Below, piece by piece: positions 57,776-64,000 of a stretch of 64,000 bases of DNA (position 1 is its first letter; each line of letters opens with the position of its first letter). Made by a program: the position numbers and the translations under genes. A model generated the notes under the pieces. That model did no database searches. It was not told where the DNA came from and saw nothing but the letters and a program-made list of their open reading frames with translations. Source of the DNA: Leptogorgia sarmentosa (Eukaryota); contig OZ210884.1 of assembly GCA_964658305.1 (NCBI GenBank), positions 6,138,001 to 6,202,000 on the forward strand, written 5' to 3'.

Positions 57776-59077
57776 TCAGTTGAGGTACACTGCGGCTATT
57801 TTTCTATACTGCGTACCATACCATATTACACCTGATAACCACATGATAACCATGCCGAAGCAATACAAGAGTAAACTTGTTTTCGTGAACACAAAACTTA
57901 TCAAAACACGACTCATCACTATACCCGATTGCATAACCCCGTAGGTTAGACCTTGGATGAACGTTGCATTTCGAGGGTCCGTCATTTTTGAAAGGATTGA
58001 AGTTCCTAATGGGTATGCAAAATATGGCATGCCAAAACAAATATATGGAAGTAGCATAAACCATTGGACATCAGTTATTTCATTCCATGAAAAAGCCAAG
58101 TATGTGAGAAATGAGATTGCAATGATTTGTAAAAATAACGCGATTAACAGGAGTTTTCGTTCTTCGACATAATGTGAAGCGAGATAAATAGAAGTGAACA
58201 CCATCAGGGTAAATAAAGTACAATTCAAGAATAGTAATTTGATGTGAATCACGTGTAGATAAAAATGATCCAACGCTAATACTGGGACGAAGAACGTGGA
58301 CGTGCTTGAAAATGCATCGCTGCAGAATATGAGAAAAAACAGGCAAAAAATTTTTGTGTTCCCCAATGCACAACACAAAAATGCTCCGACACCAGACTCC
58401 GAATGCTTTTCTTTTTTATTGCAGTCCGTTAATGTTTCCTTGGTTTCGTCATCAGTTGAATTCCTTTCAATATTACGAGCTCCTGTCGCTATCCAAATAT
58501 CGCTAGGTAAAAGCATTGCTAAGATAAGAAAGACAAGCCATATTATTGTCAATACAATCCCAGGGGAATTTCCCTCGTTTATTTCCCAACCAAGTATAGT
58601 CTTTCGAAATGTAATAAAACTACCAATTGCTGGTCCAACTGCAGCGCCAAGAATGTATGCACTGTACGCAAGTAAAAAGTTTCCACCACGACTTTCTTTC
58701 TCAGGCAGTAAGGCGATTTGTCCCATAAGAACTGTGGCACCCATTTCACTGATGCCACTTATAAACCTTCCAAAAAGAGGAAAATATACGCTCAAGTTAA
58801 TACTGTATGTCATATTAGCAAAAACTTTAGTTATGCACGAGCAAAGAAAGAAGAATCTTGGATTTCCAAAACGATCTGCCAGAAACCCAGAAATAGGTCC
58901 AGTGATGATTGCGCCAACGTTGAAGGCAGTCAACACTGAGGCCAGAAAAAATGTGGTTTGGTCCAGGGATTTGATGTAACTCCAGGCAGTAGGCGCAATA
59001 AAGTACGTCTCACAACCAGATAAAAAGCAACGAAGAGCAGCAAACTTCGTAATCGAGCCATGTCTGCTCATTGTCAT
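57776..59077 (-). CDS. MFS transporter (MFSD8-like), copy 3, 433 aa
   Basis: Intact ORF with a divergent N-terminal third (GFLADRFG, SEMGATVL, FLLAYSAYIL). Confidence 0.88.
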   Translation of the reverse strand: MTMSRHGSITKFAALRCFLSGCETYFIAPTAWSYIKSLDQTTFFLASVLTAFNVGAIITGPISGFLADRFGNPRFFFLCSCITKVFANMTYSINLSVYFPLFGRFISGISEMGATVLMGQIALLPEKESRGGNFLLAYSAYILGAAVGPAIGSFITFRKTILGWEINEGNSPGIVLTIIWLVFLILAMLLPSDIWIATGARNIERNSTDDETKETLTDCNKKEKHSESGVGAFLCCALGNTKIFCLFFLIFCSDAFSSTSTFFVPVLALDHFYLHVIHIKLLFLNCTLFTLMVFTSIYLASHYVEERKLLLIALFLQIIAISFLTYLAFSWNEITDVQWFMLLPYICFGMPYFAYPLGTSILSKMTDPRNATFIQGLTYGVMQSGIVMSRVLISFVFTKTSLLLYCFGMVIMWLSGVIWYGTQYRKIAAVYLN

Positions 59078-59864
59078 TGAATATCTGATAATCAGCGATC
59101 TGAAGTGAAGGAAAATTCAACCGTATGCAAATACAAATATTACAGCAGACACTCCCTAAATTCAAACGATTGAATATTGAATATGTTTATCCGTAAAAAC
59201 AATCTCTTTGGGATTGTTTGAACGGACCAAACTTTTTCTATTGAAAATCAATCCTACGATCGATTGAAAGAAAAAACAATTTTATAGGAGTTACTTTTTA
59301 ACCAAATTTCAATCGATTTTCGATTCAAAGAAGCTTATTCTTGGCCTGCTACTGCAGCACACGCGAAGTTGGAGCAATATGATTGGCTTAGAATTTTAAA
59401 TCTTTACAAAGATTGAAATGATTCGCAGTCGTGTTTATCGACTGACACACTTTCTATCGAATTGCACACTGAAACAGTATTTTTCAATCGAAATTCAATC
59501 TATTAGACTAACTTGTTTTTCAAACTGTTGAAAGATTAAAATTTTCAACCTTTGGAATTAAGAGAGGAAGTGAGGAACAATTATTAGCCTTTCTCGCGCT
59601 ATGCGACCGGCTCTTAGATCTTTCTTTTTTCAGTGGCGGAATGATTGAATTGTGTCGATTCTTTTTCAACAAAATTTGGACCAAGGTTACCATAAATCAG
59701 TGACTGTCAATAACTATATGTAGATGAAGTTCTAGCAACAAATTTTCAAATTACGCGATGGAAAAAATGCATATTTATAGGGCAGAATACGAATATATGA
59801 ATACGAATATATGAATATTCACTCCCTCCCCAATGAACTTTCTAGTTACGTCTTACTTATAAAA

Positions 59865-60459
59865 TTATATACGCTGAAACAGTTGAATGTGGTATATATT
59901 ATCTAAATACAGTAGCCCAGATTTAATATAATATACTAGGTACTGCTGTGCATCAATATCTACCCAATTGTCACTGAAAATACAGTTCACTCAAACGTGG
60001 CAAATGCATGTATTGAGTTTATATGAATCATTATCTTTGCCGTCTCAACTTGAATCAGTTCATCCGGTCAACTAAACTTGTGAAAACTAAGAGAAACACT
60101 CGCTCTCGACCATACTTCTTAACTTATAGCCATTGAATTTGAGTCAACCACGGTTGAGCAAACATATTTTAGAATTTAGATACATAAGAATGTTATTAAT
60201 GATGATGCAACAAATATTACTCACCGTTTTGGAGAATTCGGATAAAACTGAACAAAGTCGAGTTGAAAATCAATGCCGGATGTGCTGAATAATCGATACA
60301 CAGTGAATACTTCATAAAAGCGAATACATGTACAGGCAGGATTTTTTGTCAGGGTAGCAGCAGCGAAGTGAGCAAAACTTTGGAAGTCAATAGCCAAGCG
60401 CTGTTGATGTGTGCATTGGCAGGGGGCAAGAATAGAATGTTAATTAATTGCAGTGTGTA
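59865..60459. repeat. Diverged single copy of the ~1.05-kb unit upstream of MFS copy 3
   Basis: Shares cactcaaacgtggcaa, gagaaacactcgctctcgaccatac, tattactcaccg and caggattttttgtcaggg with the array units. Confidence 0.8.
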
Positions 60460-61070
60460 CAGGGTGTATCAAAAAAATGGTAACACAAATGCGGCGCGCC
60501 ATGTCTCAACAAATCGTTAATGGATTTCATCGAGTTTGACATCATTCGAGAGTTCAATTGTTCCGCTTTTACATCACATGTTTTATGTTTTAGTCAAGAA
60601 ACCAGCGAGCAATACATCGGTAAACGTTTTAAGTGAAAATTGCATATTTGAATTAACGTGACAATGGATACGCATTTTTAATCAACAAATTTTCTAAGAT
60701 TTACAATTTTTACAAACGCATGATTGCTTTGCGTATTTATGTCATGCTGTGTTTTTGCTCCAACACATTCAACGTGCCCCCCCCCCCCCCCCCCGCATTC
60801 CAACGTGCCCCCCATTCCTTTCAATGCACAGTTCACAAGTCACAACGTCGTCGCATGCTTTGCGCTGTTCTTTTGACGAGTGCCTAATCACCAGTTAACG
60901 CAGCGACTTCCCGATGAATGCGAGCTCGCAAGTCATCAATATCGTTGGGAGGGGTGGTATAAACTTTGCTTTTCAAATAGCCCCACAGGAAGAAGTTACA
61001 GGGTGTAAGGTCGGGGAACGAGGTGGCCACTCCACTGCATGATGGAAGGCAACAATTCGATTACCGAACA
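60460..61070 (-). mobile_element. Tc1/mariner-superfamily transposon remnant (3' end with decayed transposase)
   Basis: TA followed by a cagggtgtatcaaaaaa terminus at 60460. Minus strand ~61070-60800 reads LFGNRIVAFHHAVEWPPRS/DLTPCNFFLWGYLKSKVYTTPPNDIDDLRARI..CIERNG, with frameshifts and a stop. Confidence 0.8.
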
Positions 61071-61071
61071 G

Positions 61072-61440
61072 TCCTCTCCATAAATTCCGGATTCCTCTCC
61101 ATGAATCCCGTATTCCTCTCCATAAATTCCGGATTCCTCTCCATAAATTCTGGATTCCTCTCCATTAATTCTAGATTCCTCTCCATAGATTCCAGATTCC
61201 TCTCCATGAATCCAGATTCCTCTCCATGAATCCCGTATTCCTCTCCATAAATTCCGGATTCCTCTCCATAAATTCTGGATTCCTCTCCATTAATTCTGGA
61301 TTCCTCTCCATAGATTCCAGATTCCTCTCCATAAATTCTGGATTCTTCTCCATAAATTCTGGATTCTTTTCCATAAGTTCCGGATTCCTCTCCATAAATT
61401 CCGGATTCCTCTCCATAAATTCTCGATTCCATCCAGATTT
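61072..61440. repeat. 21-bp minisatellite (TTCCTCTCCATAAATTCCGGA)n, about 17 copies
   Basis: Tandem units visible directly; followed by ggattccggat-rich sequence to ~61570. Confidence 0.9.
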
Positions 61441-61759
61441 GTAGTGGATTCCGCCCGAATCCCTTTTCATTACCATGAGTCTGAATTTTGGATCCATAAG
61501 ATAGTTGGATTCCAGGATCACACTCCCTGGATTCCGGATTTGAGAGCAAAAATAGCCGGATTCCGGATCTGTGCGAATGAGAATCATAGAGCTATAATGA
61601 TAATGTAATAGTTGGTGTATGTATAGGGCACTGTCACTGAGCGAACCCACTCTGTACAGTATGATACAGGATGTAATTCCAGCACTGGAGTCTGGACAGC
61701 GGGAGGGGGGGGGGAGGGACTTATTGCCACTAATAGTAATTGCTGACCGCCATGTTAAT

Positions 61760-64000
61760 ATGGAAGTGTGTGTTGATTCTGTTCAATCGGCAGTTAATGC
61801 CGAAAACGGAGGTACGTTATATCCCTGTGCTTCAGGTTATTTGTTACTTGATCAGTGGTTTATAAGAAATATTTATCTTATGCAAATCATTATAATGATT
61901 AGTGTTATGCATTAGTCTGAAGACTGTAATGTTAGACATTGAGGATGGAATCATATTCTTGTGTCACTGAAACACAAATTGATTGTAAACTCATCATTTT
62001 TTTTCAATATTGATGAAAACAGGATAATTGAATATTATCAACAACATTTTATATAATACTTTTTATAACATTGTTCATTCCTATTTGTAATAATTCCTAT
62101 TTTATAGCAGGCTCATCATTTTTGGCTTAACCCATTTAATTATTCAGCATGTACAGTTATAATCATGTTACTAAGTGGTGTGATAATTAATGTTGGCTAG
62201 ATTAATTATTTACTCTGAGAAATAGACCTTGTGAGATAAGCTAGAAGAATCATCAGGTTAATTGATTTCGCTTTTTCAGGTGCAAAACGCATAGAACTGT
62301 GCACTTGTCTGGGGGAAGGAGGAACAACACCAAGTTTTGGTAAGATATGTACTTCTCAGTCCAGTGACATAGGCAAGAGGTATATGACGTCTCGCTAAGT
62401 GCAAAATCAAAGATCTATATGAGCGAAATCCTGGAACATCTTACAAGGCAAAATTTTTTTACCCTTCAAGTTCAGGAAGCGAGGAACATTGTTGAGGGAT
62501 AGTACAAGATAGGATAAATAGGATAGTACAGGAACATGGTTAAGGAACATAGTTGAGGACTATGGTTGAGAATCATGTTTGAGGAGGATGATTCAGAAGC
62601 ATATGTTTGAGAAGCATGGTTGAGGAGTATGGTTGAGGACCATGCTTGAGGAGCATGATTGAGGAGGATGGTTAAAGAGCATGCTTGCAGAGGATGCTTG
62701 AGGAAGATGGTTAAAGAGCATGCTTGAGGAGGATAGTTAAAGAGCATGCTTGAGGAGGATGCTTGAGGAGGATAGTTAAAGAGCATGCTTGAGGAGGATG
62801 CTTGCGGAGGATGCTTGAGGAGGATGCTTGAGGAGGATGCTTGAGGAGCATGCTTGAGGAGGATGCTTGAGGAAGATGGTTAAAGAGCATGCTTGAGGAG
62901 GATAGTTAAAGAGCATGCTTGAGGAGGATGCTTGAGGAGGATGCTTGAGGAGGATGCTTGAGGAGGATGCCTGAGGAGGATGCTTGAGGAGGATGCTTGA
63001 GGAGGATGCTTGAGGAGGATGCTTGAGGAGCATGCTTGAGGAGGATGCTTGAGGAAGATGGTTAAAGAGCATGCTTGAGGAGGATAGTTAAAGAGCATGC
63101 TTGAGGAGGATGCTTGAGGAGGATGCTTGAGGAGGATGCTTGAGGAGGATGCTTGAGGAGGATGCTTGAGGAGCATGGTTGAGGAGGATGCTTGAGGAGC
63201 ATGATTGAGGAGGATGCTTGAGGAGGATGCTTGAGGAGGATGCTTGAGGAGCATGCTTGAGGAGGATGCTTGAGGAGGATGCTTGAGGAGGATAGTTAAA
63301 GAACATGCTTGAGGAGGATGATTGAGGAGGATGCTTGAGGAGGATAGTTAAAGAGCATGCTTGAGTAGGTTGCTTGAGGAGGATGGTTGAGGAGCATGGT
63401 TGAGGAGGATGGTTAAATAGCATGCTTGAGTAGGATGCTTGAGGAGGATGCTTCAGGAGGATGGTTAAAGAGCATGCTTGAGGAGGATGGCTGGGAAGCA
63501 TTGACTGAGGGGCATGGCTTCGAAGCATGGTTAAAGAAGATAGTATTCAATGGTATTAGGAGTATTTTTTTCCTTAGGTTTATTCAAAGTGATCAAGCGT
63601 GCTATTTCCCTCCCAGTTTTTGTTATGATCAGGCCAAGAGGTGGGGATTTTCTTTACACTGATGCAGAGTTTGACGTAATGATTGAAGATTGTAAACAAC
63701 TTATTGACGCTGGAGCTGATGGCATTGTTTTTGGTATTCTAACAAAGTAATTAATTATCTCAAGAATAATTTTTATATTAAGAAGAAATATTTTAGTTCA
63801 AAGCCGTTAGTTAATTGCACGTACTGCATATCCAAGCTGTTAAAGCTGTTGAAAACTCCACGTGCTGCTCCAATTGGCAAGTGTCAAGTTGTCGAACGTT
63901 TAAGTGCATGTGACACTGAAAATAATTACTGTACAGTGATCAAGATAAGATTGTACTTTCTTTATAGGAAAGGGGAAATTGATGTTACGCGTTGTCAAAA
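61760..64000 (+). CDS. cutC: Copper homeostasis protein CutC homolog, 5' portion (4 exons, runs off the window)
   Basis: Exons 61760-61811 (MEVCVDSVQSAVNAENG), 62280-62339 (GAKRIELCTCLGEGGTTPSFG), 63578-63746 (LFKVIKRAISLPVFVMIRPRGGDFLY..GADGIVFGILT), 63968-64000 (KGEIDVTRCQ). All junctions are GT-AG and in frame. Confidence 0.93.
62530..63535. repeat. 13-bp minisatellite (GAGGAGGATGCTT)n in cutC intron 2
   Basis: About 1 kb of tandem 13-mers with the variants gaggagcatgctt, gaggaggatagtt, aaagagcatgctt and gaggaagatggtt. Confidence 0.92.

Noticed and set aside
61023..61650. Repetitive ORFs (MERNPEF / YGEESGI)n
   Set aside because: Translation artefacts of the 21-bp minisatellite
62472..63528. 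Repetitive ORFs (LLKHPPQASSSSI)n and a possible CRISPR-like array
   Set aside because: 13-bp tandem repeat with no unique spacers, located in a cutC intron

Overview
AT-rich animal genomic DNA with GT-AG introns. It is probably cnidarian, inferred from the intronless Zic genes and the repeat types. From left to right: (1) the 3' seven exons of an AKR7-type aldo-keto reductase (+); (2) an intronless Zic zinc-finger gene (-); (3) a two-exon gene (+) whose spliced product of about 1434 aa reads DZIP3-type HEPN domain (intact Rx4H), coiled coil, NB-ARC-like STAND ATPase, TPR array, i.e. an NLR-like receptor with a putative RNase effector, which the ORF track splits into two ORFs; (4) a tRNA-Asn(GTT); (5) a second intronless Zic gene (+), head-to-head with the first; (6) three tandem MFS transporter genes (-) separated by arrays of a ~1.05-kb unit that appears to carry the promoter and non-coding first exon, with the middle gene a chimera of the outer two; (7) the 5' exons of cutC (+). 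There are also many MITEs, a 5'-truncated LINE, a Tc1/mariner remnant, Penelope-like hammerhead remnants and minisatellites. All calls were made by eye; no database searches were run.
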